A DNA stretch of 64,000 nt from an uncultured Alphaproteobacteria bacterium (GCA_963777295.1 CAVZPV010000005.1:64325-128324), one strand, 5' to 3'. Counted from the stretch's first letter, positions 10,368 to 20,002 are shown. Translations and numbers: made by a program. The notes: generated from the sequence alone by a model not told the origin.

Positions 10368-10889
10368 TCAAAGGCGGCGGAGAAGGGTAATCCGAGCCTT
10401 GCCATAGGTGCGCATCGCTTCCTCCTCATATCCCTCCGCGACGACTGCCTCGGATCGCCCCGTCTCGATGCTGGCGAGACCTCCGGCAGCGAGCGGAAGC
10501 CGTTCCATCACGGTAGCCGCAAGGCCGCTGCCATAAGGCGGATCGAGGAAGGCGAGGTCGATCGGGCCGGCAATGCGCACATGCTCGGCGCCTCCCGCGA
10601 GCACCTCGGCCGGCGCGGCGAGGGCGGCGATATTGGCGCGGATCGCCTCGACGGCGGCGCGATCGGCGTCGACGAAGACGCAGTGCGCCGCCCCGCGCGA
10701 CAAGGCCTCCAGCCCGAGCGCGCCGGAGCCGGCAAAGAGGTCGGCGATGCGCAGTCCCTCGAAGCTGCCGAGCCGGCTGGCAAGCATCGAGAAAAGCGCC
10801 TCGCGCGCCCGGTTGGAGGTGGGACGGGTGGCCAGCCCCGTCGGCGCGATAAGCTTCCGCCCGCGCCAGCGGCCGGAAATGATCCTCAT
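10368..10889 (-). CDS. rsmD: 16S rRNA m2G966 methyltransferase RsmD
   Basis: MRIISGRWRGRKL, TRPT..R.REALF, DLFAGSGALGLEALSRGA, FLDPPY. Confidence 0.93.
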   Translation of the reverse strand: MRIISGRWRGRKLIAPTGLATRPTSNRAREALFSMLASRLGSFEGLRIADLFAGSGALGLEALSRGAAHCVFVDADRAAVEAIRANIAALAAPAEVLAGGAEHVRIAGPIDLAFLDPPYGSGLAATVMERLPLAAGGLASIETGRSEAVVAEGYEEEAMRTYGKARITLLRRL

Positions 10890-11743
10890 CTGGATCCTCT
10901 CCGGAACGCGGAGCGCGGTGGAGGGGGCTTCGTGCCACGCTCAACGGCCCCTCTACCAGCCTTCGGCCGGTCTCCCTCCCCGTGCCGGGGAGGATTTGAG
11001 AGCGTCTTCCGAAACGCCACGAGATCGTGCTGCCGCACTTCGTCGACCGCCCCCGCCGGCAGATCGCCCAGCACGAACGGTCCATAGGCGGTCCGGATCA
11101 GCCGTGAGACCTTGAGCCCGAGATGCTCCAGCACCCGCCGCACCTCACGGTTCTTGCCTTCGGTCAGCTTGAGCTCGATCCAGGCGTTGCGGCCGGTGCG
11201 GCGTTCGAGATTGGCATCAATCGCGCCGTAGCGGATGCCTTCTATCTCCACACCCTCGATCAGCCGCTCCAGCTGCTCCTGGCTGACCTCGCCGAAGATG
11301 CGGGCGCGGTAGGTGCGCTCGACGCCTGTCGACGGCAGCTCGAGCTGGCGCTTGAGCTCGCCGTCGCTGGTGAGCAGCAGCAGCCCCTCGGTGCTGAGAT
11401 CGAGACGCCCGACCGGCATCACCCGCGGCAGGCCGTTCGGCAGCCGGTCGTAGATGGTCGGCCGCCCCTTCGGGTCGCGCTCGGTTGTCAGCAGCCCGGC
11501 CGGCTTGTGATAACGGAACAGGCGCGCGGGGGCGGCCGCCTTGACGGGCTTGCCGTCGACGGTGACGCCGTGGAGCGAGGCGAGCAGGGTCGCCGGCGTC
11601 TCAACCTTGACGCCGCCGATCGCGACGCGGCCTTCCGCGATCATCCGTTCCACCTCGCGACGCGAGGCGACGCCGGCGCGGGCGAGCAATTTCGCGATCC
11701 GCTGTTCCTCTCGGGACTTGTTTCGGGGCGGGGGCAGAAACAT
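10886..11743 (-). CDS. rluB: rRNA pseudouridine synthase (RluB/RsuA family, S4 domain)
   Basis: RIAKLLARAGVASRRE, YHKPAG, VGRLDLSTEGLLLLT, EGKNREVRR. Confidence 0.88.
   Translation of the reverse strand: MFLPPPRNKSREEQRIAKLLARAGVASRREVERMIAEGRVAIGGVKVETPATLLASLHGVTVDGKPVKAAAPARLFRYHKPAGLLTTERDPKGRPTIYDRLPNGLPRVMPVGRLDLSTEGLLLLTSDGELKRQLELPSTGVERTYRARIFGEVSQEQLERLIEGVEIEGIRYGAIDANLERRTGRNAWIELKLTEGKNREVRRVLEHLGLKVSRLIRTAYGPFVLGDLPAGAVDEVRQHDLVAFRKTLSNPPRHGEGDRPKAGRGAVERGTKPPPPRSAFRRGSR
10894..10995. repeat. Palindromic repeat (ATCCTC.CCGG ... CCGGGGAGGAT) inside the rluB 3' end
   Basis: Terminal inverted ends atcctctccgg / ccggggaggat, plus internal ggtggagggg / cccctctacc arms. Confidence 0.75.
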
Positions 11744-11863
11744 TCTCCATGGTCGAAGCCGAAAGGCAGGAAATTCACGCCGGACGGCGGCCGTTCCCAG
11801 GGCACCGGAAAGCGGCTCGCTCGTTACGCGTCAGAACCGGTTCCGGAGGGCGAGTCCCCTTAG

Positions 11864-12292
11864 ATGTTGTTCGGCAAGCGTGAAAGGGCGATCCAGCGCA
11901 TCGTCATCGTCGAGGACGAACCCCTGGTGGCGTTCGACAACGAGTATATGCTCGGCGAGGCGGGCTATGAGGTGGTCGCGACGGTCGACAATCTCGCGGA
12001 CGTCACGCGGCTGATCGGCGAGGAGAAGATCGACCTGATCCTTTCCGACATCAAATTGCGCGGCGACGGCGACGGGATGGACGTCGCGCGCGCGGCGGCT
12101 GCGAAGGGCGTGCCCGTGCTGTTCGTCTCGGGCAATTGCCCGGTCGACGCGCAGACGCTCGGCGTCGGATGCCTCGCCAAGCCCTATTCCGAGCGCACAT
12201 TGCTGAGCGCCCTGCGCGCGCTCGACCGCAAGCTGCGCGGAGAGCCCGTCAAGCGCCTGCCGGCGGGGCTAAGCCTGTACGAGACGGCCTGA
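11864..12292 (+). CDS. Single-domain response regulator
   Basis: IVIVEDE, LILSDIKL, VLFVSG, LAKPY receiver motifs. Confidence 0.9.
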   Translation: MLFGKRERAIQRIVIVEDEPLVAFDNEYMLGEAGYEVVATVDNLADVTRLIGEEKIDLILSDIKLRGDGDGMDVARAAAAKGVPVLFVSGNCPVDAQTLGVGCLAKPYSERTLLSALRALDRKLRGEPVKRLPAGLSLYETA

Positions 12293-12295
12293 CGG

Positions 12296-13436
12296 TCAGG
12301 CCAGCGCCCGTTCCACCTCGTCGTGGAAATGGCGGATGCCGGTCTCCAGCGTGCCGAGCGTCAGCTGCTCCAGCACTCCCGCCTCCAGCCCCTGCTGGCC
12401 GAGCGCGGCGGCGCGATAATCCTCGCCGCCGAACACGCCCCCATCGAGCAGATCCCAGCTCTTCGCCCAATGCGCTTCTTCCTCCGGCGTCACCGGCGGC
12501 TGCGGGATCAGCATGAAATCCTCGACGAGCGTCCGGCCGACGGCCTGCGGCATCAGCACCATCAAATTCACATAATCCGGGCTCATGATCAGGATCGTCG
12601 CCGGGAAGAGCTGATAAGCGAAGCTGATCGCGACGCGCAGCGCCGCCCAGTCCTTGTGGTCGATCCTGGCGAGATGGTCGACGCGGCCGACGGCGGAGCG
12701 CTGGTGGACCCCTATCGTGTCGGCGGCGGTGACCCCATCGGGGAAGAAGCGGGCGATCGACGCCGCGTGCAGCCGCTGGACGTGGTAGGATTTCGAGGAA
12801 AGCGTCCATGATCAGCTTCCAGTTCGCCGCCACGTCATGGACCCGCCGCCGATAGAGATGGTGGCCGGCGAGGCCGAAGGCGTCGAATTCCGGGGCGAGG
12901 CTATGCGCGTCGGAGAAGTCCGCGCTTTCATCGCGCGCAAACCAGATCAGGCCGCCGGTCTCGATCGAAGACAGCTCGGCAAGGTGAAAGTCAGCCTTGT
13001 CGAGGCCCGGGAATGTGTCCGGCCGGGGCAGGCCGGCGAGGGCGCCGTCCAGCTTATAGGACCAGGCGTGATAGGGGCAGACCAGGCGCGGCGCGCAGAC
13101 CGGCTCGGCGCCCTCGACCAGCCGCGTGCCGCGATGCCGGCAGACATTGTAGAAGACGTGCGCCTGCCCCTGCTTGTCGCGAGCGAGCAGCAGCGGCGGG
13201 CCGAACCCGTCATGCGCCACCGCCATATTCGGGCGGGGCAGCAAAGCCGAGGGCGCTATCACCGTCGGCCGACGGCGGAAGATCCGCGCCTGCTCCGCCT
13301 CGAACCGCGTCGGATCGGTATAAACGGAGGCGGGAACGTGGGTGATGCCGTCGCCATGCCCGCCCTCGCCGCGGGCGATCAGCCGGGCAAGGGCGAGCTG
13401 CCCCTCGGTCGGATGCAGGCGGGCCGGCATGTCCAT
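12296..13436 (-). CDS. Rieske non-heme iron oxygenase alpha subunit (frameshifted near 12797)
   Basis: Rieske motif NVCRHRG...CPYHAW, ANWKLIMDAFLE, C-terminal EDYRAA. Confidence 0.85.
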
Positions 13437-13523
13437 GGCGACGAATCTGCGCCCGGCCCGCCGCGATGGCAAGCGCGGTCCGAAAGGACTTTGCCGCGCG
13501 CGATGAGCCGCTAGAAGAGACCG

Positions 13524-15215
13524 ATGGAGAGCGGAGTGGCCGATGTTCATCCGAAAGGATGGCGCCTTCTCGTCAGAGCGTTGCAGACGCGAAACTCCGC
13601 ATCAATGCTCGCTTTCGGTTTCGCCTCAGGCCTTCCCTTTGCGCTCCTGATCGGCACCCTCAATGCATGGCTCGGAGAAGCCAAAGTCAATCTGGCGACG
13701 ATCGGGGTTCTTTCCTGGGTTGGCCTCGCTTATGCGCTGAAATTCCTTTGGTCGCCGATCGTCGACCGGGTGGAGCTGCCGGCGATCGGACGGCTCGGCC
13801 GGCGGAAGAGCTGGATCATCTTATGCCAGTCGGTGATCATCGGGGCATTGGTCGGGATTTCGCTGACCAACCCAGCGATGCACATCGCCCGCTTCGCGGT
13901 CTTCGCACTGATCGCGACTCTGGGGTCAGCAACCCAGGATATTGCAATCGATGCATGGCGGATCGATGTCGCCGACGAAAAGACCCCGGTTGAGGTGCTC
14001 TCGGCCATCTATCAGTTCGGCTATCGGACCGCGAGCATCGTGGGGGGCGCGTTCGCGCTGTTCCTAGCCGCGCGAATGTCCTGGACGTCGGTCTACCTGG
14101 TCATGGCGGGGCTGATCGGCATCATGCTCGCGCTGGGTCTTGGCGCTCGCGACACGGCAAGGCCGTCGCGCACGCTGGACGACGCGTTGCTGCAGGAGGG
14201 CGAGATCAGGCCGCGCGTGCGCAACCTGGCTCTGGCATTGGTCTGCGTCGGCTGGCTTTGGGCGATCTTCGTGATCGGGCGCTTCATGACGAGCATGCTG
14301 ATGCCGCAGCCCGGCGCTGCCGCTCCGTCCGCAGCCGACTTCCTGAAATATACCGGTCCGTGGATCGTCGTCGCGACGATCCTGCTGCCGCTGGCAGTGG
14401 CGGGGACCCTAAACTGGCTTAAGAAACGTCGGCATCACGTCCGGACGACGGCCGGTGCGGCGCCTTCCGGTGCTGCTGCGGCGGCGAACCATCTCTACAC
14501 AGCACTCGTGGCTCCGTTGGTTGAGCTGTCCGGGCGCCTGGGAGCGGGTGTCCTGGTCGTGATCGGGCTGATTCTGACCTACGCGCTTTGCTACAATATC
14601 TGGGCGGCTTTCGCTTATCCCTTCTACCTCGATTTCCTCCACTATACGAAGGACGAGGTCGCCTTCGCCTCGAAGATATTCGGCATCATCATGACCATCG
14701 TCGGCGTCAGCCTGGGCGGTTACCTGTTCCTTAGGATCGGTCAATTCCCGACCGTGCTCATCGGTGCGGCGCTGCCGATCCTCGGCAACTTTCTCTATGC
14801 CGATCTCGCGGAAGGCGGCGTTCATATCGACATGTTCGCGCACACGCTGCGCCTCGATGCGCTTGCCTCCATGGCGGGCGTCGATGAAAGGATGGTGCGT
14901 CTGCTGCTGACGATCTCGGCCGAGAACATCTCAACCGGCGTCGCCGGTGCCGCCTTCGTCGCCTACGTCTCCGGGATCGTCAGCAAGCGTTATTCGGCCG
15001 TGCAATATGCGCTTCTATCGTCATTGACCTTCCTCATCGGATCGCTTGGACGCGGCGTCGCGGGGCAGGCGTTCGACAAATTCGGCTACGCCGTCGTGTT
15101 CCGCTACACCGCCGCGGTCGGTTTGCTCGCCATATTCTTCGTTCTGCTGGAATGGTGGCGCGCAAGCCGCGTGCCACCCATCGACGAACCCGGCCGTACT
15201 GGAGAGCCGGCCTGA
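13524..15215 (+). CDS. ampG: AmpG family muropeptide MFS transporter
   Basis: GFASGLPF, KFLWSP.VD, GRRKSW, SATQDIAIDAWRI, YQFGYR, AVQYALLSSL. Confidence 0.9.
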   Translation: MESGVADVHPKGWRLLVRALQTRNSASMLAFGFASGLPFALLIGTLNAWLGEAKVNLATIGVLSWVGLAYALKFLWSPIVDRVELPAIGRLGRRKSWIILCQSVIIGALVGISLTNPAMHIARFAVFALIATLGSATQDIAIDAWRIDVADEKTPVEVLSAIYQFGYRTASIVGGAFALFLAARMSWTSVYLVMAGLIGIMLALGLGARDTARPSRTLDDALLQEGEIRPRVRNLALALVCVGWLWAIFVIGRFMTSMLMPQPGAAAPSAADFLKYTGPWIVVATILLPLAVAGTLNWLKKRRHHVRTTAGAAPSGAAAAANHLYTALVAPLVELSGRLGAGVLVVIGLILTYALCYNIWAAFAYPFYLDFLHYTKDEVAFASKIFGIIMTIVGVSLGGYLFLRIGQFPTVLIGAALPILGNFLYADLAEGGVHIDMFAHTLRLDALASMAGVDERMVRLLLTISAENISTGVAGAAFVAYVSGIVSKRYSAVQYALLSSLTFLIGSLGRGVAGQAFDKFGYAVVFRYTAAVGLLAIFFVLLEWWRASRVPPIDEPGRTGEPA

Positions 15216-15226
15216 GACTTCGCGCT

Positions 15227-16555
15227 CTAGCTCGGCGCCTGCCCGTTGCGCGCCAGCACGTCGCCGGCGAGGTAGAGGGAGCCCATCACCAGCACGATCG
15301 GCGGCTCGCCCGGCGTGGAATGGCGGGCGATCCAGCCGAGCGCCTCCGCCACGCCCGCGGCTGGCATGGCGGCAAGGCCGACGCCGCGCGCCGCGGTGGC
15401 GAGTTCGGGCGGGGCGTGGTGGGCGTGGTCGGGGACGGTCACCGTGTGGACGGTCGCCGCGCGGTTCGAGAAGGCCTTGAGGATACCGGCCGCATCCTTA
15501 TTGGCGAGGATTCCGCAGAGGATGTGGAACGGCCGTCCCGCCGGCACATGCGCGCGGAAGAAATCGGCGACCGCGCGCGCGGCGGCGGGGTTGTGGGCGC
15601 CGTCGAGCCAGAGCTCCGATCCCGCCGGCAGCGCGTCGTGGAGCGGCCCCGGCCCAAGCCGCTGCAGCCGCGCCGGCCATTCCACCCAACCCGTCGCCGC
15701 CCGCAGCGCAGGCTCGCCGACGACGACGGTGTCCTGGTGGCGCAGCATAGCGACAGCGAGCGCCGCATTCATCGCCTGGTGCGGGCCGGGCAGGCGCGGC
15801 AGCGGCAAATCGAAACTGTCTTTCTCGTCGCGATAATGGAGCCTGTCCTGGTGGACCGAGGCATCCCACAGGCCTCCGCGCGGCAGCCAGAGTGCGCCCA
15901 CCCCCCGCGCCGCCTCGCCGATCCGGTTGGCGAGCCGGTCGGGATAATGTTGGGTGACGAGCGGCACGCCCGGCTTGGCGATGCCGGCTTTCTCCGCCGC
16001 CACGTCCTCGATCCGGTTGCCGAGGAATTGCTGATGGTCGAGCCCGAGCTGGGCGATGCCGCAGACGATCGGCGTGGGAATGACGTTGGTCGCGTCGAGC
16101 CGGCCGCCGAGCCCGACTTCGACGATGCAGGCGTCGGCGGGGGTGCGGCCGAAGGCGAGGAAGGCGGCGGCGGTAGTCGCCTCGAAGAAGCTGGGCGAGA
16201 TGCCCTCCGCGGCGTCCAGGGCTTCCTCGAGCAGGTCGGCGAGGTAATCGTCGTCGATCAGCCGGCCGGCAATGCGGATCCGCTCGTTGAAGCGGACGAG
16301 ATGCGGGCTCGTATAGACATGAGCCTTGAGCCCCGCCGCCTCGATCGCGGCGCGCAGGAAGGCGCAGGTCGAGCCCTTGCCGTTCGTGCCGGCGACATGG
16401 AGGACGGGTGGAAGGCGGCGTTCGGGGTTGCCGAGCCGGTCAAGCAATGCGGAGATCCGCTCCAGCCCCAAAGTGTCGGTGCCGGGCGAGAGCGTCGCCA
16501 GCCGGTCGAGCTGGCGCTGCACGCGCGGATGGCCGGAGACAGCGTGGTCCATCAT
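15227..16555 (-). CDS. folC: Folylpolyglutamate synthase / dihydrofolate synthase
   Basis: HVAGTNGKGST, YTSPHL..FNERI, EVGLGGRLDATN, WPARLQ, LDGAHN, GSLYLAG. Confidence 0.95.
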   Translation of the reverse strand: MMDHAVSGHPRVQRQLDRLATLSPGTDTLGLERISALLDRLGNPERRLPPVLHVAGTNGKGSTCAFLRAAIEAAGLKAHVYTSPHLVRFNERIRIAGRLIDDDYLADLLEEALDAAEGISPSFFEATTAAAFLAFGRTPADACIVEVGLGGRLDATNVIPTPIVCGIAQLGLDHQQFLGNRIEDVAAEKAGIAKPGVPLVTQHYPDRLANRIGEAARGVGALWLPRGGLWDASVHQDRLHYRDEKDSFDLPLPRLPGPHQAMNAALAVAMLRHQDTVVVGEPALRAATGWVEWPARLQRLGPGPLHDALPAGSELWLDGAHNPAAARAVADFFRAHVPAGRPFHILCGILANKDAAGILKAFSNRAATVHTVTVPDHAHHAPPELATAARGVGLAAMPAAGVAEALGWIARHSTPGEPPIVLVMGSLYLAGDVLARNGQAPS

Positions 16556-16661
16556 TCCCCCTCCCGCGTGGGGAGGGGGTTAGAGGGAGGGGAAGTCGGT
16601 CAGAGGTGCCGAGCCGAAAACAGCCCCTCCCCCCGACCCCCTCCCGGACGCGGGAGGGGGT
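16556..16661. repeat. Palindromic 'CCCCCTCCC..GGGAGGGGG' intergenic element
   Basis: Two internal hairpins (ccccctcccgcgtggggagggggt and accccctcccggacgcgggaggggg) arranged as a larger inverted repeat between accD and folC. Confidence 0.8.
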
Positions 16662-16667
16662 GAGCGT

Positions 16668-17519
16668 TCACGCCGCTTTCTTCTCCGGCATCAGATAGCC
16701 GATCACCTGCGCCAGCGTCCGCCGCAGCTCCTTCCTATGCACGACCATGTCGATCATGCCGTGGGCGAGCAGATATTCGGCGCGCTGGAAGCCTTCCGGC
16801 AATTTCTCGCGGATGGTCGATTCGATCACCCGCGCGCCGGCAAAGGCGATCAGCGCGCCCGGCTCGGCGATCTGGATGTCGCCGAGCATCGCATAGGAAG
16901 CGGTGACTCCGCCCGTCGTCGGATCGGTGAGCACGACGATGTAGGGCAGCCCGGCTTCCTTGAGCTCGGCGATCGCGACGGTCGTCCGCGGCATCTGCAT
17001 GAGCGAGAGGATGCCCTCCTGCATCCGCGCGCCGCCGGCGGCGGTGAAGATGATATAGGGGCAATGGTCCGCCAGCGCCGCCCGCGCGCCGTCGACGAAG
17101 GCCGCGCCCACCGCCGTGCCCATCGAGCCGCCCATGAAGGCGAAATCCTGCACGCCGACCACCGCCTTATGCCCGTCGATCGTGCCGCGGGCGTTGATCA
17201 TCGCGTCGCTCTCGCCGGTCGCGGTGCGCGCCGCCTTCAGCCGCTCGGGATAGCGCTTCTGGTCGCGGAACCTGAGCGGATCCTCGCGCACCTGCGGCGG
17301 CGGCAGGATCGTATAGCCCGGATCGAGCAACAGCTCGAAGCGCGGCCGCGGCCCCATCCGGCCGTGATGCTCGCAGCGCGGGCAGACGAAGTCGTTCTCC
17401 TCCCATTCCTTGGTGAAGACCATCGCGTTGCAATGGCGGCATTTGTGCCAGAGATTGTCCGGCGTCTCGCGCTTCGGGAGGAAGGGAATGGAGTTGCGGA
17501 CTCGGTTCAGCCAGCTCAT
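16668..17519 (-). CDS. accD: Acetyl-CoA carboxylase carboxyltransferase beta subunit
   Basis: LWHKC..C zinc finger, [39 protein letters not shown]. Confidence 0.96.
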   Translation of the reverse strand: MSWLNRVRNSIPFLPKRETPDNLWHKCRHCNAMVFTKEWEENDFVCPRCEHHGRMGPRPRFELLLDPGYTILPPPQVREDPLRFRDQKRYPERLKAARTATGESDAMINARGTIDGHKAVVGVQDFAFMGGSMGTAVGAAFVDGARAALADHCPYIIFTAAGGARMQEGILSLMQMPRTTVAIAELKEAGLPYIVVLTDPTTGGVTASYAMLGDIQIAEPGALIAFAGARVIESTIREKLPEGFQRAEYLLAHGMIDMVVHRKELRRTLAQVIGYLMPEKKAA

Positions 17520-17621
17520 GCGGGCGGTCTCCTTTGCCGGAGCGGATTAGGCGCGGCTTATGGGGGTGTCCAGCCGAAGGTAGGATGCGCGCGACGCGGG
17601 CGTTTGCGAGGCATCCGCCGA

Positions 17622-18299
17622 TCAGAGTGTCGCCTCGATCGCTCGCGCCGCCACATCCGGATCCACCGCCTGGGTGATCGGCCGGCCCACCACCAGGATC
17701 GAGGCGCCGGCGTCGAGCGCCTTGCGCGGCGTCATGACGCGCTTCTGGTCGCCGGCCGGACCGTCGGCCGGCCGCACGCCGGGGACGACGAAGAAGCCAT
17801 CCGGCCACGAGCGCCTTCGCCGCCGCCACCTCGTTGCCCGAGCAGACGACGCCGTCCAGCCCCGCTTCCCGCGCCAGCGCGGTCAAGCCGCTCGACCTGG
17901 GCGTGCGGATCGCCGGCGATTCCGGTCGCGTGGAGATCGTTCTCGTCGAGGCTGGTCAGCACGCTGACTGCGACCACCTTCGTCCCCTTCGGCGCCGCCG
18001 CCTTGGCGTCCTCCATCATCGCCCGGCCGCCGCCGGCATGGACGGTGAGGATCGCCGGCTCGAGCGGCCGCAGCGCCTGGATCGCCTTGCCGACCGTGTT
18101 CGGTATGTCGTGCAGCTTCAGATCGAGGAAGATGGGCAGGTCGAGCTCGGCCATCTTGCGCACGCCGTGGCGGCCATTGGCGCAGAAGAATTCGAGGCCC
18201 GAGCTTGATCCCGCCGACATGGTTCCTGACCCGCGTCGCGATGCTCTTCGCCCGCTCGAAATCGGGCGTGTCGATCGCGACGAAGATCGGGCTGCTCAT
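17622..18299 (-). CDS. pyrF: Orotidine-5'-phosphate decarboxylase (frameshifted)
   Basis: [56 protein letters not shown]. Confidence 0.92.
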
Positions 18300-18635
18300 G
18301 GCGCCGGCCAGGCCTTGCTGTCGGTTGCGACGCGCTCCTCGGCGCCGAGGGGCGGCGGTGTCGCGGCGGGGGCGGGCGAGGCGGCCGGCGCCGGCGGGCA
18401 CCGACACGATCGTCGCCGGCTCCATCCGCCGCTTCAACGACCAGAGCCGCGCGCGATGGACGATGAGGGTCGGCAGGAAGCCGATGCAGAAGAAGATGAG
18501 GAGCAGGACCGGCAGCCGCACGTCCGCGATCAGCCCGCCCCAGAGCTTGAGCGGCACCGTGAACCAGTTCGCCTTCGCCCACAGGACGAGGATCACCGTT
18601 AGCACCACCCAGAACAGGGTCTTGAGGAACTGCAT
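18296..18635 (-). CDS. LapA-like (DUF1049) membrane protein (3' part frameshifted)
   Basis: MQFLKTLFWVVLTVILVLWAKANW...LP.LLLIFF.IGFLP; two TM segments; located directly upstream of pyrF. Confidence 0.7.
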
Positions 18636-18745
18636 ACCCGCCTCCGAAGCCAAGCCCTGCTTATGGCGCGGCGGCGGGCGGCGCAACGGGGAGGATCGCC
18701 TTGCCACGTTTGCGTGGGTTCGTTCCTGCGCTTACGAACGGAGTC

Positions 18746-18982
18746 ATGGGAGATCCGTGGTTCCGCCACAGATCCATGTTTCGTTACCGCCCCAATCACG
18801 TGGCAGGGCTGGGTCGTGCTTGCGGTTCAGATGGGATTCTGCGGTCTCTGTCTCTTCGTATTCATGCGTTACACGGACAGCAATCCTGTCCTCGGATGGT
18901 CCGCCGCAACGATCGCATTCGTCGCTTATCTCGCGCTGTACGCGGTGATGATCTGGAAGGCGAAACGGATTGCGGCGCTTAG
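18746..18982 (+). CDS. Small two-TM membrane protein (frameshifted, end uncertain)
   Basis: ggag RBS, then MGDPWFRHRSMFRY / PITWQGWVVLAV... across two frames. Confidence 0.5.
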   Translation: MGDPWFRHRSMFRYRPNHVAGLGRACGSDGILRSLSLRIHALHGQQSCPRMVRRNDRIRRLSRAVRGDDLEGETDCGA

Positions 18983-19030
18983 GAAAGACGATCCGCCGCT
19001 CTGCACGGGATATTCTACGCAAGGGAGGGG

Positions 19031-19055
19031 AATTGGGTATTGTGTCCCCGGAATT
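19031..19055 (+). repeat. Repeat copy A: AATTGGGTATTGTGTCCCCGGAATT
   Basis: Shares a 15-bp exact core ATTGTGTCCCCGGAA with the reverse complement of 19780-19794; sits at the left edge of the low-GC block. Confidence 0.85.
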
Positions 19056-19228
19056 GCAAATGGAACTCCAGGCGCTCAAGCAGTATATGGCTTCGATGCA
19101 GGTCAGCTAATAAATAATGAAATTGAATGGGTAAAGAATAGGGTCGGCACTTTCTCTACCGGCCTCTATAATATGATATACGGCTCATTTTGTATGGACA
19201 AAGGTCATTGTTAGAAAGTTATATACAA

Positions 19229-19624
19229 TTAATGAAAGTAAGATAATGTCGTTACATCTCTAAATAATGCCAAAATCGTAAATATAATTGTGCCAGACCA
19301 ATTGAATAATATTACTCTTGTCACGAATCCATCATTCTTACGTCTATTTATTATACTATTTCCAAAGTATATCCACATCGATGTCCCCTGTCCCCATAGA
19401 AACGTTGGGAATACAAAAAGAAAAACATATGTATTTTCGCCCTTGTATGGACGATAGTTATGGTACACTAAATTATATAAATCAGGACTATAAGGAGTTA
19501 TCATGCAGATAACGATCGAGGTTACTGTGACACAAAAGGCGGCGGTCAAAATTATGATCGCTAATAGATGAAATCGCCTTTTTGTGCGTGTAGCAAAGTC
19601 TGGGTCTAGGTCGTCAGGCGTCAT
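19229..19624 (-). CDS. Low-GC hypothetical membrane protein (about 3 TM), cassette cargo
   Basis: 131-aa open frame in AT-rich DNA with three hydrophobic segments. Confidence 0.65.
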   Translation of the reverse strand: MTPDDLDPDFATRTKRRFHLLAIIILTAAFCVTVTSIVICMITPYSPDLYNLVYHNYRPYKGENTYVFLFVFPTFLWGQGTSMWIYFGNSIINRRKNDGFVTRVILFNWSGTIIFTILALFRDVTTLSYFH

Positions 19625-19777
19625 GTGAGGCGGCGAGCCACTCTAGTGTAAGTTCTGCTGCTCAACATATGGCTTTCTTGTGATCGTTGCAAGCGGATCA
19701 GCTGGGGTGTCGGTTCGTTTATTAAAGTCGCCGAGGTCTTAGCATACCAGCAATTCCGAGAATGAAATGTCTAGTGC

Positions 19778-19801
19778 GGTTCCGGGGACACAATCCTAAA
19801 T
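19778..19801 (-). repeat. Repeat copy B (rc ATTTAGGATTGTGTCCCCGGAACC)
   Basis: Inverted relative to copy A; sits at the right edge of the low-GC block. Confidence 0.85.
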
Positions 19802-19978
19802 GGGCTTGTAACATTGGATACGCCATGCGCCACCGCTTTCCTGTGGACGCTTTTTCCGGCGCCCCTTGTGAGCGAGTCGCGGCTGCTTTAGGTTCGCCCT
19901 TCGTTCCGGGAGGGAAATACGGACCCGTTGGTCCTCGTCATCGTCTTTTTCGCCGTCGCCGGCGGCGTCGGCTCGGAC

Positions 19979-20002
19979 AATTTCGGGGACACATATCCAA
20001 TT
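19979..20002 (-). repeat. Repeat copy C (rc AATTGGATATGTGTCCCCGAAATT)
   Basis: Same orientation as B; matches copy A at AATTGG...TGTGTCCCCG.AATT. Confidence 0.85.

Noticed and set aside
19031-20002. CRISPR array interpretation of the three repeats
   Set aside because: The copies are in mixed orientation, spaced about 180 and 720 bp apart and not identical, and no cas genes are present.
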